Origin: the human T2T-CHM13v2.0 reference genome, Homo sapiens
Strand: one strand, 5' to 3'
Length of the DNA stretch: 64,000 nucleotides
NCBI RefSeq assembly: GCF_009914755.1
Contig: NC_060931.1
Below the pieces are notes generated by a model that saw only the letters and a program-made list of their open reading frames with translations, did not search any database and was not told where the DNA came from. A program made the position numbers and the translations under genes. Shown here piece after piece: positions 17,870 to 35,800 of the stretch (its first letter is position 1; the number at the start of each line of letters is the position of its first letter).

Positions 17870-18020
17870 TTTTTAAGGCTGAAGAATCTTCCATTGTCTA
17901 GATAGACCACATCTTGTCATCTGTTCTTCTGTTGATGGACACTTGGTTCCTTCCCCCTTTTGACTATTGTGAGTAATGCTGCTATGAACATGGGTGCACA
18001 AATATCTTTTTGAATCTAGT
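17870..18020 (-). mobile_element. L1M 3' fragment
   Basis: ttttaaggctgaa...gttgatggacacttgg...aatgctgctatgaacatgggtg. Confidence 0.75.
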
Positions 18021-18336
18021 GAGTATATTTTATCTCTGCCAGTGAGTCTATCCAAAGAAAAGGGAAATCATCTTTGCTTGGGGTGTTCTGATTGTGCCTA
18101 CACTTGGCAGGCACCCTCCAAGTGAGAGCAGAGAAAAGGAAGAAAAGAGGAATGAAAATTGGTTGGGAGGGTTGGGGTGGAGGAGGTGAATAAACACTAT
18201 TGAGTGCTCCCCTTATGGAAAGATTTATACACGGGCAGCCCAAAAAGCAGAGGCATCTCCCAGAGTTTCATCCAGGTAACACCCCTCCAAACACACCCAA
18301 ACAGAAGCATGCTAGGACATGAGGAATTACAACGAG

Positions 18337-18338
<2 letters not shown>

Positions 18339-18378
<40 letters not shown>
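18339..18378. repeat. (TA)n microsatellite
   Basis: ~20 TA units. Confidence 0.97.
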
Positions 18379-18381
<3 letters not shown>

Positions 18382-18382
18382 C

Positions 18383-19529
<1,147 letters not shown>

Positions 19530-20399
19530 TAATTCTTAAAGCATTTGGCGGCACTAGTGAGGCCCCTGCAGCCAACCCCGTCAGTGGTGGCCCTTGTCCA
19601 GAAGAGGCACACCTGTGAGTTGGCCAGCATCAGTCTCTGGTGTTGGGCATGAGGCAGGAAACGAGCCCCTCCGTCTGCTGAGCTGAGCCCCAGCACTCTT
19701 TGGACACCCCCGCCATAGTGAGCAGATGCCCAGCAAACATCTTTCCAGGGCTACTACCAAAGGCCAGAGTTTACCTGTGTGAGAGCTTATATGAAACATG
19801 GAAGAGCTTCTACCAGTTATGCATTTATTTTCATGTGTAAGAAGGAAAACATAACTAGCCTGTGAACATGACTGCATGGATACATGGGCTCGGCACAAGG
19901 AGAAAGCCAGGAGTGAGTGAAAACAAAATAACATGTTGATTTAAGTGAAATAACAGAACAGGATTCCTTTGGTTATAACAATTCTGGAGATGGTCTGTGA
20001 ATGCAGAAGTTCGGGACTCCCTCCCTGCTCTAGGCTTAGGGCTAGACGCTGTGTTCTGGGCTGAAGCCCCTGGGTTCTACAGAGAAGCTCGACCAGTGCA
20101 TGGCCCCTGTGGCATTCTCCCAGGAGCCTGTGTGACAGCGAGACCTCAGGGGGGAAAGCACATTCTGTTTAACCTGTCCATGTCCTACAAAATGTCTTAG
20201 AAGCGATGAAGCAACAACGATGATTCTCCCTCAAAGGGAAGAAGAATCTGCCAGGTGTCACTTTGAGGAGGCAGTGCTTACAAGACAGGCTGGGCTGCAG
20301 AGCCCAAGTGGGAGGTTGCAGTGAGCCAAGAGCATGCCATTGCACCCTGGCCTGGGCGACAGAGCAAGACTCCATCTTGAAAAAAAAGAGAGAGAAAAG

Positions 20400-21280
20400 A
20401 AAGCCATCGAGACACCATTAGGCAATCCACTGTCATGTGAGTTTGGGAAGGAAAGTAGACAAAGGAGAAGGAAGTTTATTTAAAGAAAGAATGGTTGAAA
20501 CTGCCTAAATCATGGGAAAGATTTAGACATCCAAGTGCATGAAGCTTAAAGATTCCTAAGGAGGTTAAAACCAAATATATATAATCACAATATAATCAAA
20601 TAGTCAAAAGCCAAAGATTTTTTAAAATGTTGAAGAGGCAAGAGAAAAGTGGCATGACACCAACAAGAGAATCTTCATTAAACTATCAGCAGATTTCTCA
20701 GAAGAAACTTTGCAGGTCAGGAGAGAATTGAAGAATATATTCAAAGTGCTGAAAGAAAAAAACTGCCAGCAACTAATACTATATTTGACAAAGCTATCCT
20801 TCAGAAAGAATGAATAAATAACATGTTCCCTAGACAAAAAAAGCTGAGGGAATTCAGGAGCACTAGGTCTACTTTAAAAGAAATGCTTAACGGAGTTTTT
20901 CAAGTAAAAATGAAAGAAAGCAGCTGGGTGTGGTGGCTCATGCCTGTAATCCCAGCATTTTGGGAGGCCGAGGAGGGTGGATAACTTGAGGTCAGGAGGT
21001 CAAGACCAGCCAGGCCAACATGGCAAAAACCCACGCCTTCTAAAAATACAAAAAATTAGCCAGGAGTGGTGGCGGGTGCCTGTAATCCCAACTACTCAGG
21101 GGGCTGAGGCAGGAGAATCAATTAAACCATGAGGCGGAGGTTGCAGTGAGCCAAGATCACACCACTGCCCTCCAGCCTGGGCGACAGAGCAACACTGTCT
21201 CAAAAAGAAAAAAAAAAGAATGCTAATTAATCACATGAAAGCATAAGAAAATATATAATATTCAGCAGTAAAGTTGCATA
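20400..21280 (+). mobile_element. Old L1M ORF1 fragment with an inserted AluS (20923-21217)
   Basis: atcagcagatttctcagaagaaactttgcagg...atattcaaagtgctgaaag...aagctatccttc. Confidence 0.8.
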
Positions 21281-21430
21281 TACTTGGGAGGCTGAGGCCG
21301 GAGAATTGCTTGAACCCAGGAAGTGGAGGTTTCAGTGAGCTGAGATCGCACCACTGCACTCCAGCCTGCCAAACGGCATCTCAAAACAAAAAACAAAAAA
21401 CAAAAAACAAAAAACAAAAAACAAACAAAA
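21281..21430 (+). mobile_element. Alu right-arm fragment with (CAAAAAA)n tail
   Basis: tacttgggaggctgagg...ccactgcactccagcctg followed by a repeated tail. Confidence 0.9.
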
Positions 21431-21443
21431 CTTGAGGCCTGGT

Positions 21444-25308
<3,865 letters not shown>

Positions 25309-25424
25309 TTCGGGCTTGGTGCAGAAACTCACTCCAAATAAATTACCTACCAAAATATTTATATAATGGTGGAAATATTCCAAAATTCCATATTTTGGGA
25401 TTTATACACGAAAGATAAAAAAAT

Positions 25425-28400
25425 TAGAGGCCAAGAGGCTGCCAGAAGGGAAAAACGGGGCCTGGAAAGGCCGTTGTGAGGAATGAGCTGGGCCTAAAGA
25501 GGCCACTGGCCAGCAGGAGCTGGGCCTGCCGAAGTGGCCGAAAGGCAGGAGCTTTGGACTGGGGAGGCTGCAGTGAGGCGAGAGCTAGCTGGGCGTGGAG
25601 AGTCCACTGTGAAGCCGAGGCTGGGCCCGTGTAGGCCTTCGAGAGGCAGGAGGCCGGGCCTGCCAAGGCCGACTGGAGGTCAAGTTCTGGGCCTGAAGAG
25701 GCCACCAAAAGTCAAAAGCGGGGCCTGGGAAGACCGCCGAGAGCCATGAGCTGGGCTGGGCCGAAAGAGGCCACTGGGAGGCAGGAGGAGCTGGGCCTGG
25801 AGAGGCTGACTCGAGGAAGTTTTGCACCTGGAGAGGCCGCCGAGAGGACGGAGCTGGGCCCGGGGAGGCCGACTTGCAGCTCTTCCAGGCCCACTTCCAG
25901 GCCGACTTGAGGACGACTTAGGCCTGCAGAGGCCGCCGGGAGGCCAGAGCTGGGCCTGGAGAGGCCGACTTCAGGACGATTTGGGCCTGCAGAGGCTGCC
26001 GGGAGGCCCAAGCTGGGCCTAGAGGAGCCCACCGACCGGAGGCCGTTTGGGGCCTGGAGATGCCGTCGGAGGGCAGGAGCTGAGCCTGGAGAGGCCACCG
26101 TGAGGCCGGAGCTGGGCCTGGGGAGCTTGGCTTCAGGAAGTTGTGGGCCTACCAGGGCCGCTGGAAGCTGGGCGGGAGCTGAGTCCAAAGACCTTATTGG
26201 AAGGCCAGAGTCTGGCCTGGAGACGCAGCCGGGAGGAAGAGCTGGGCCCGGAGAGGACGCCGGGAGGCTGCAGGTGGGTCTGGAGAGGCCGACTTGAGGA
26301 GGCCCAGCCTCTGCCTCCCGCATGGCGGCCTCTGCAGGCCCAGCTGTTCCTCCTGGCTGCATCTCCCGGCCCAGCTCCTGCCTCCCAGCAAGCAAGCTCT
26401 TTTGGCTCAGCTCTCGCCGGCGTTTGTAGACCCCGAAGTTTCTGCAGCCAAGCTCTTCAGGCCCACATCCTGCCTCCCAGTGGCCTGTACAGTCCCAGCT
26501 CTGGCTGGAGAAGAGCGTCTGCAGGCCCTGCTGTTGCCTCCCAGGGGCGTCTCCAGGCCAAGCTCTCGCCCCACTGCGGCCTCCCGGGGCCAAGTCCCTG
26601 CCTGCCTTCCGGCAGCCTGCGTGCGGCCCTGCTCCTCCCTCACGGTGGCCTGTTGAGGCAGGGGCTCACGCTGACCTCTGTCAGCGTGGGAGGGGCCGGT
26701 GTGAGGCAAGGGGCTCACGCTGACCTCTGTCAGCTTGGGAGGGGCCGGTGTGAGGCAAGGGGCTCATGCTGACCTCTCTCAGTGTGGGAGGAGCCGGTAT
26801 GAGGCAGGGGCTCACGCCTCTGGGCAGGGTGCCAGAGGCATGAGTTGGGCATCAACAGGCCACCGTGAGGGAGGAGCTGGGCCGCACGCGGGCTGCCGGG
26901 AGGCAGGCAGGGACTTGGCCCCGGGAGGCCGCTGTGGGGGCGAGAGCTGGGCCTGGAGAGGCCCCTGGGAGGCAAGAGCGTGGCCTGCAGAGGCTGTTCT
27001 CCAGCCAGAGCTGGGCCTGTACAGGCCACCGGGAGGCAGGAGGTGGGCCCGAAGAGCTTGGCTGGAGAAAGTTCGGGGCCTACAAAGGCGGTTGGGAGCT
27101 GGGCAGGAGCTGAGCCAAAAAAGCTTGCTTACCTGCTGGGAGGCAGGGCCGGGAGAGGCCGACTTCAGGACGACTTGGGCCTGCAGAGGTCGCCGGGAGG
27201 CCCAAGCTGGGCGTGGAGGAGCCCACCGACCGGAGACCATTTGGGGCCTGGAGACGCCATCGGAGGGCAGGAGCTGATCCTGGAGAGGCCACCGTGAGGC
27301 CTGACCTGGGCCTGGGGAGCTTGGCTTGAGGAAGCTGTGGGCCGACCAAGGCCGCCAGGAGATGGGCAGGCACTGAGTCCAAAGAGGTTGTTGGGAGGCA
27401 GGAGTCGGGCCTGGAGACGCAGCCGGGAGGAAGAGCTGGGCCTGGAGAGGACGCCCGGAGGGTGCAAGTGGGCCTGGAGAGGCCAACTTGAGGAGGTTCT
27501 GGGCCCGGAGAGGCCGCTGGAAGGGAAAAATGGGGCCTGGAAAGGCCGTTGTGAGGAATGAGCTGGGCCTAAAGAGGCCACTGGCCGGCAGGAGCTGGGC
27601 CTGCCGAAGTGGCCGAAAGGCAGGAGCTTTGGACTGGGGAGGCCGCAGTGAGGCAAGAGCTAGCTGGGCATGGAGAGTCCTCTGTGAGGCCGAGGCCGGG
27701 CCCATGCAGACCTTCGAGAGGCAGGAGGCCGGGCCTGCCAAGGCCGACTGGAGGTCAAGTTCTGGGCCTGAAGAGGCCACCAAAAGTCAAAAGCGGGGCC
27801 TGGGAAGACCGCCGAGAGCCATGAGCTGGGCTGGGCCGAAAGAGGCCACTGGGAGGCAGGAGGAGCTGGGCCTGGAGAGGCTGACTCGAGGAAGTTTTGC
27901 ACCTGGAGAGGCCGCCGAGAGGACGGAGCTGGGCCCGGGGAGGCCGACTTGCAGCTCTTCCAGGCCCACTTCCAGGCTGACCTGAGGATGACTTGGGCCT
28001 GCAGAGGCCACCGGGAGGCTGGAGCTGGGCCTGGAGAGGCCGACTTCAGGACGATTTGGGCCTGCAGAGGCTGCCGGGAGGCCCAAGCTGGGCCTAGAGG
28101 AGCCCACCGACCGGAGGCCGTTTGGGGCCTGGAGACGCCGTCGGAGGGCAGGAGCTGAGCCTGGAGAGGCCACCGTGAGGCCGGAGCTGGGCCTGGGGAG
28201 CTTGGCTTCAGGAAGTTGTGGGCCTACCAGGGCCGCTGGAAGCTGGGCGGGAGCTGAGTCCAAAGACCTTGTTGGGAGGCCGGAGTCGGGCCTGGAGACG
28301 CAGCCGGGAGGAAGAGCTGGGCCCGGAGAGGACGCCGGGACGCTGCAGGTGGGTCCGGAGAGGCCGACTTGAGGAGGTTCTGGGCCTGGCGAGGCCGCCG

Positions 28401-31400
28401 GAAGGGAAAAACTGGGCCTGGAAAGGCCATTGTGAGGAATGAGCCCCATGGGCCTGAAGAGGCCACTGGCAGGCAGGAGCTGGGCCTGCCAAAGCGGCCG
28501 AGAGGCAGGAGCTTTGGACTCGGGAGGCTGCAGTGAGGCGAGAGCTAGCTGGGCGTGGAGAGTCCGCTGTGAGGCAGAGGCTGGGCCTGTGCAGGCCTTC
28601 AGGAGGCAGGAGGCCGGGCCTGGAGAGGCTGACTGGAGGTCAAGTTCTGGGCCTGCAGAGGCCGCCGAAAGTCAAAAGTGGGGCCTGGGAAGGCCGCCGG
28701 GAGGCATGAGCTGGGCTGGGCTGAAAGAGGCCACTGGGAGGCAGGAGGAGGTGGGCCTGGAGAGGCTGACTCGAGGAACATTTGCACCCAGAGAGGCTGC
28801 CGAGAGGCCGGAGCTGGGCCTGGGGAGGCCGACTTGAGGACGACTTGGGCCTGCAGAGGCCGCCGGGAGGCAAGAGCTGGCCCTGGACAGCCCAACTTGA
28901 TGAGAGTCTGGGCCTGCAGAGGCCGCTGGGAGGAAGAGCTGGGCCTGGAGAGGCCGACTGGAAGAAGTCCAGGGCCTGGAGAGGATGCAAAGCAGCAAAT
29001 GCTAGGCCTGGAAAGGCTGCCCTGAGGCACGTGCTTGGCCTATAGAGGCCACTGGGAGGCAGGAGCTGGGCCCGCAGAGGCTCCTGAGAAGGAGGAGCAT
29101 TGCCCCAGGATGCCACGGTGAGGAAGAGGTGGGCCTGGAGAGCCCACTGTGAGGTAGAGGCCGGGCCTGTAGAGGCCGCCGACAGGCAGGGCCTGGGCCC
29201 GTTGAGGCCACGAGAGGCATGAGCTGGGCCTCAACAGGCCAGTGTGAGGCAGGAACTGACACTTGGGCAGGTTGCAAGAGGCATGAGTTGGGCCGAAAGA
29301 GGCCACCGTGAGGGAGGAGCTGGGCCTGTACAAGCTGCCGAAAGGCAGGAGCAGCTTTGGACTGGAGAGGCCACAGACAGGGAAGAGCTGGGTGTGGAGA
29401 GTCTGCTGTGAGGCAGAGGCTGGGCCTGTACACGCCCTCGGGAAGCAGGAGGCTGGGCCTGGAGAGGCCGACTTGAGGAAGTTTTGCTCCTGGAGAGGCC
29501 ACTTAGAGGCAAGAGCTGGGTGTGAAGAGGCTGACTTGAGGTCGATTTTGGCCTGCAGAAGCCACCGGTAGCTAGGAGTTGGCCCTGGAGAGGCTGACTT
29601 GAGGACAATTTTGGCCTGTAGAGGCCACTGGGAGGGAGAGCTTGGTCTGGAGAGGCCAACTGGAGTAAGTTCAGGGCTTGGAGAGGATGCATAAAAGGAA
29701 ACGCTCAGCCTGGAAAGTCTGCTGTGAGGCATTAGCTTGGCCTACACAGCACTTGTAGGTAGGAGCTGGGCCTGAAGAGGGTGACTTCAGGACAATTTTG
29801 GCCTGCAGAAGCCTTTGGGAGGAAGAGCTTGGCCTGGACCGGCTGACTGGAGGAAGTTTTGGGACTGGAGTATGCGTCAAAAAGCAAAAGTTAGGCTAGG
29901 AAAGGCCACTTCGCGGCATGATCTTGGCCTACAAAGGCAATTGCGAGGCAGGAGCTGGGCCTGTAGAGGCTGCTGAAAGGCAGGAGCTTGGCCTTAGGAG
30001 GCTATGCTCAGGCAAGTGGTGGGCCTGGAGGGTCTACTGTGTGGTAAGAGTCTGGGCCTGTGTAGGCCAACATGAGGCAGGAGCTGAGTTAGGAGAGGCC
30101 AACTTTTGGAGAATTTGGGCCTGCAGAGGCTGACAGGAGGCAAGAGCTGTGCCTGGAGAGTCCATCTTTTAGCATGAGCTGGGCCTAAAGAGACCATTGT
30201 GAGGCAGCAGCTGCCTGGGAGGCAGGCAGATTCGTGGCCTGGGGAGGCCACTGTGAGGCAAATGCTCAGTTTTCGGAGGATGCCGTGAGGCAGGGAGAAA
30301 CTTGGCTTTCAGTGGCCGCAGTGAGGGAATAGTTTGATTGCTGAGGCTGCCGGGAGGCCGAAGGTGGGCCTGGAAAGCTTTACTTTAAGAAGTCTGTGGC
30401 CTACAGAGGCTGCCAGCAGCTCAGCAGGAGTTGGGCCAAAGAAGGTTGTTGTGAGGCAGGAGACGGGCCTGTAGACGCACTGGGAGGATGAGCTCGTCCT
30501 GGAGATGCCGAGTTAAGGACATTCTGGGCCTGGACAGGCTGCAAAAGGCAAAAGCTGTGCCTGGAAAAGTCACCATGGGGCATGAGCTTGGCCTAAAGAG
30601 GCCATTGCAAGGCAGGAGCTGGGCCTGTAGAGGCTGCCAAAAGGCAGGAGCTTCACCTGAGGATGCCACAGTGAGACACCATCTGGGTCTGGAGGGTCCA
30701 CTGTGAGGCAGAGGCTGGCCTGTAGAGTCCAACAGTAGGCAGAGGTTGGGCAAAAGGCTGATTCGAGGAAGTTTTGGGCTTCAAGAGTCAGCCAGGAGGC
30801 AGGCGCTAGGCCTGGAAATGGCCCGACAGTCATGAGTTGGGCCTAAATGGGCCACTGTGAGGGAGGAGCTGTGCCTGTTGAGGCTGCTGGCAGGCAGGCA
30901 GAAACTTGGCCTGGGGCAGCTGCCATGAGGCAAGAGCTGGGCCTGGAGAAGCCCCTGGGAGGCAAGAGCAGGGCCTGCAGAGGCTATTCTCAAGTCAAAG
31001 CTGGGCCTGTTCATGCCACCGGGAAGCAGAAGGTGGGCCTGGAGAGTTTGACTTGAGGAAGTTTTGGGCCTACATTGGCCGCCGTGAGCTGGACAGGAAC
31101 TGGGCCAAAAAAGGCTGTTGTGAGGCAGCAGTTGTGCCTGTAGACTCAGCTAAGAGGAAGAGCTGGGCCTGGAGAAGCCCCCATGAGGCAGAGGTTGGGC
31201 CTGTAGATGCTGACAGGAGGCAGGAACTGGGCCTGGAGAGGTCAACTTGAGGAGATTTTGGGCCTTCATAGGCCACCAGAAGGCAGCAGTTGGGACTAGA
31301 GAGGCTGATTTGAGGAAGTTTTGGGCCTGGAGATGACGTCCTGGGACAGGAACTGGGCCTGGAGAGGCCACCGTGAGGCATGAGCTGGATGTAGAGAGGC

Positions 31401-32005
31401 CAGTGTGAGGCAAGACCTGGGCCTATCTAGGCTGCTGGGAGACAGGCAGGAATCTGGCCAGGCAAGGTTGCCATGAGACAAAAGTTGGGCCTGGAAAGGC
31501 CCTTGTGAGGCATGAGCTTGGCCTAAAGAGGCCACTGGGTGGCAGGAGCTGGGTGTGTAGAAGCTGCTGAAAGGTTGGGAGCTTGGCTTGGGGGGTCCAC
31601 AGTGAGGCAGATGCTGGGCCTGAAGAATCTGCTGTGAGGCAGATGTTGGGACTGTAGAGGCCGACGGGAGGCAGAGGCTGGGCCTGGAGAGGCCGCCAAG
31701 ATGCAGGAGCTGGGCCTGGAGAGGCTGCCAAGAAGCATGAGCTGGGCCTGGTGAGGTCGACTTGAGAAAGTTCAGGGCCTGGAGAGAAGGCTGGGAGGCA
31801 GGAGCTGGGTCTAAAGAGGCCATTGTAACGGTGGAGCTGTGCCTGTGGAGGCTGTTGTGAGGCAGTAGCCTCATCTGCGGAGACTGCTGTGAGGTAGGGT
31901 ATGGGCCTAAATAGGCCATTGTGAGTCATGAGCTTGGTCTGTGGAGGCTGACTGGAGAAAGTTCTGGGCCTGGAGAGGCTGCTGGGAGGTAGGAGCTGGG
32001 CCAAA
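25425..32005. repeat. G-rich degenerate tandem array (core gaggcaggagctgggcctggagaggcc, ~30-37 bp monomers) with ~880-bp higher-order units; resembles the teucer component of TELO_Comp
   Basis: Very many gagctgggcctg-like motifs; higher-order unit starts (gaagggaaaaa...gggcctggaaaggcc) at ~25445, ~27520 and ~28401; the name is from recall of the T2T repeat annotation. Confidence 0.9.
26655..26820. repeat. 49-bp satellite, ~3.3 copies (ajax-like)
   Basis: gaggcaaggggctcacgctgacctctgtcagcgtgggaggggccggtgt repeated in tandem. Confidence 0.9.
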
Positions 32006-32011
32006 AGATTT

Positions 32012-32423
32012 AAGCACATTACATTTATTGGCACTTTATTTCCATTAGTACACTGTAATATGTAATAAAATAATTATAGAACTCACCATAATGTAGAATC
32101 AGTGGGCATGTTAAGCTTGTTTTCCTGCAACTGGATGGTCCCACCTGAGCGTGATGGGAGAAAGTGACAGATCAATAAGTATTAGATTCTCATAAGGACA
32201 GTGCAACCTAGATCCCTCACATGCACGGTTCACAACAGGGTGTGTTCTCCTATGAGAATCTAATGCTGCTGCTGATCTGAGAAGGTGGAGCTCAGGCGGG
32301 AATGTGAGCAAAGGGGAGTGGCTGTAAATACAGACGAAGCTTCCCTCTCTCCCTCACTCGACACCACTCACCTCCTGCTGTGTGGCTCCTTACGGCTCCA
32401 TGGCTCAGGGTTGGGGACCCCTG
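32012..32423. mobile_element. MER1A-like hAT-Charlie DNA transposon
   Basis: caccataatgtagaatcagtggg...attagattctcataagga...ctatgagaatctaatgc...terminal ggttggggacccctg. Confidence 0.88.
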
Positions 32424-32845
32424 CTGAAGTGCATCCAAAATGACCCTTCCTACACCAGTCTTCATAGTGGTCAAGTGCAGCAACCACTTAGCTCCGAAGG
32501 TATGTGCCTCAGCTGGCATTTCGTCACAATCAACAGTAAGTGGTAGCTTGAGTCATTGTGAGGTCACTTCCTGGAAATCACCAGCATCCCATTTCCCACT
32601 GGCAAAGAGCTCAGCACTGCCCCCTGGGAAACCAAACCTATGCCCAAATCCCATCTGTGTGGGTTTATCTCCTGGGACCCTTCCTAACATATTAGTCAGA
32701 GTCCAATCAGGAAGCATAAACCACTCAAAAGTTTAAAGTGGTAAAATTTAATACAGAGAATTATTCACTATAACAGGTGAACAGCATAATGAGAGATTGG
32801 CTAGCACAAAGTAAAGAGAACTCTAGAGAATATAGGACTAGCCCA

Positions 32846-35800
32846 GGCCAGGCATGGTGGCTCATGCCTGAAATTCCAGCAATTTGAGAAGCTAATGCAG
32901 GAGGATTGCTTAAGGCCAGGAGCTAGAGACCGGTCTGGACAACACAGTGAGACCCTGTCTCTATCCAAAAAAAGAAAAAAATTAGCTGGGAGTAGTGGTG
33001 CACACTTGTAGTCCCAGCTACTCGGAATGCTGAAGTTTGAGCCTGGGAGGTCAAGGCTGCAGTGAGGCATGATTATGCCACTACAGTCCAGCCTGGTGAC
33101 AGAGCAAGAACCTGTCTCAAAGAACAAAACAACAACAACCATTTACAGACAGAAAAGAAATAGAGCTAATAAGCTAAGGGAAGATGTTGAAATGTGACAA
33201 GTAAGGTAATATGAGGTCTTTTATCTATTTAAAATAATCACACAAAAAATGACTTACTAAATTATAATACCCTGTGCTGGCAAAGGTGCAGTGAAATGGG
33301 CACTTTGTTATACTATGAGGGGTGTTTAAGTTGTGTATAAGCCTTCCAGGGTAAAGCTTGTCAATTTCTTAAAATAATAGAGACAGGGTCTCACCATACT
33401 GCCATACTGCCTCCTCCAACTCTTGGCCTCAAGCAATCCTCCTCTCTTAGCCTCCCAAAGTGCTAAGATTATAGCTGGGAGGCATCCAAAACCTTGTCAA
33501 TTTACATCAAGGGTAATGAGAATGTCCATTCACCATGACTCACAGTAATCTTACTTCTGGGGAGACAATTCAATCTAAACAAAAGGTCATCTGTACAAAC
33601 AGTAAAAATCTGGGAGTAACTGAAGACAGAGTTGGTAAGTGAAATAAGAAACAGTTATAAGAAATTAAACTATGGTATCAATAGGCACCAGGTAAAAGGT
33701 CAGTTGATGTTAGCTGCTACTTTTTTGTTGTTCTGAGACAAGGTCTCACTGTGTCACCCAGGCTGGAGTGCAGAGGTCTGATCATGACTCACTGCAGTCT
33801 CAGCCTCCCTGGGCTCAAGTGATCCTCCCAGCTTAGCCTCCCAAGTAGCTGGGACTGCAGGAACATGCCACCACACTAGGCTAATTCATGTATTTTTCTG
33901 TAGGGATGGTGACTCCCTTTGTTTCCAAGGCCTATCGCAAACTCTTGGCCTCAAGCCATCCTCCTGCCTCAGCCTCCCAAAGTATTGTGATTACCAGTGT
34001 GAGCCACCACACCTGGCCAGCTGCTACTTTTATCAATATTATTTCCAGTCAATTAAAATTTATTATTTTCAAGGCTATGCAACAGTATGTATCCTACAGT
34101 GTAAAAACTTATACAGTCGTCCCTCAGTATACAGAATTAGTTCCAGCCCCCCATTGCTGCATATACCCAAATCCATGCTTACTCACGTTTTGCTGTCACC
34201 CCTCTGGAATCCACGTATAGGAAAATTCCAAATATTAGTTGGGCATAGTGGCAAGCACCTGTGGTCTCAGCCACGTGGGAGGTTGAGATGGGAGGATCGC
34301 TTCAGCCTGGAAGGTTGAGGCTGCAGTCAGCTGTGATAGCACTACTACACTCCAGCCTTGGACAACAGAGGGAGACCCTGTCTCAGAAAAAAAACAAAAC
34401 AAGTTAGAAATTGTAATGAGGTCTGTTGGGCAAAATTCCATATAAGCAAAGTATAAATTAATAAAGCAAATGGTGATAAATTAGTACGATTGACTTTTTG
34501 GAGTTTCTGACAATAAAAGTAAGGAAAATGCAAAACACAAAGACAGAGAGTAAAAAGAGAAATTAGGAAAGCATTCTACATGTTTAATAGGAAGACACTG
34601 GCCATGTTCGTGCAGTAGCAGTATGTCATGATATGACATACCTTGGAGAGAAGTTAACAGATGAGGAAGTTGATAAAAATGATCAGAGAAGCAAAATACT
34701 GGTAGCGACACTCAAGTAAACCATGAAATTTCCATAACTTATGTCAGCAAAGTGGGAATATTGTACAGTGTGTGTTGAAGTTCCTATACAACATTGTTTA
34801 TCTGCCTTTTGTTTGTTTGTAAGGAAAGTATATACTAAAAGTTCTTACTGTCAAAAGAATATGTGTGAATAAGTCATTTTAACTTATTCTTCTGTTTTTC
34901 TTTTATCTTCCTGCCATCATCCCACAGCCTTACTTTAGAAATTTTTTTTTTAGAAAATTGAACAAGTGCTCCTTGTGGTGGCACATACCTCTAGGATGGG
35001 AGGCAGGGGTGGAAGGGTCACTTGAGGCCATGAGTTTGACACCAGCCTGGCTAACAAAGTGAGACCCCATGTCTACAAAACAATTTAAAAATTAGCCAAG
35101 TATCGTCATGTATACCTACAGTCCCAGCTACTCAGGAGGCTCAGGTAGGAGGATCCTTAGCCCAGGAGTTCAAGGCTGCAGTGAGCTGTGATAGCACTAC
35201 TGTACTCAAGCCTGGGTGACAGGGTGAGACCCCATCTCCTAAAATAAAAAAAACAAAGAAAAAAAATAGTTCAAGTAGCAAGTTGTATGTGGCTTACTCT
35301 GAATATTTCTAAACTAGAAATTCTCAATCTTTTGGGGTCTAACATCCCTTTACATTTTTTAACTTTATTGAAGATCTCTAATACTATTTCTTTCTGTAAA
35401 TAATTATATTAAAACTAGAAAATAAGACAAAATTTTAAAAATATTATTCATCACATATTAATAAAGCCATTACATGTTAATATAATACAAGATTTTAAAA
35501 ATATTTAATATTCATTACATATTAATAATGAAACCATTACATGTTGATATAATACTTTTTTTTCTTTGATACAAAGTCTTGTTCTTTCTCCCAGGCTGGA
35601 GTGAAGTGGCACAATCTCAGCTCATTGCAACCTCCGCCCTGCAGAGTTTCAAGTGATTCTCCTACCTCAGCCTCCCAAGTAGCTGGGATTACAGGCGCCC
35701 ACTACCATGTCCGGCTAATTATTGTATTTTCTTAGTAGAGAAGGAGTTTTCTTAGTAGAGAAGGCTGGTCTTGAACTCTTGACCTCAGGTGATCCACCCG

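Noticed and set aside
25424-32034. Many long overlapping ORFs (up to 323 aa, ASPGPAPASRRPLQAQ repeats)
   Set aside because: GC-rich tandem repeats are stop-poor in several frames on both strands, and frames break between near-identical units; not evidence of coding
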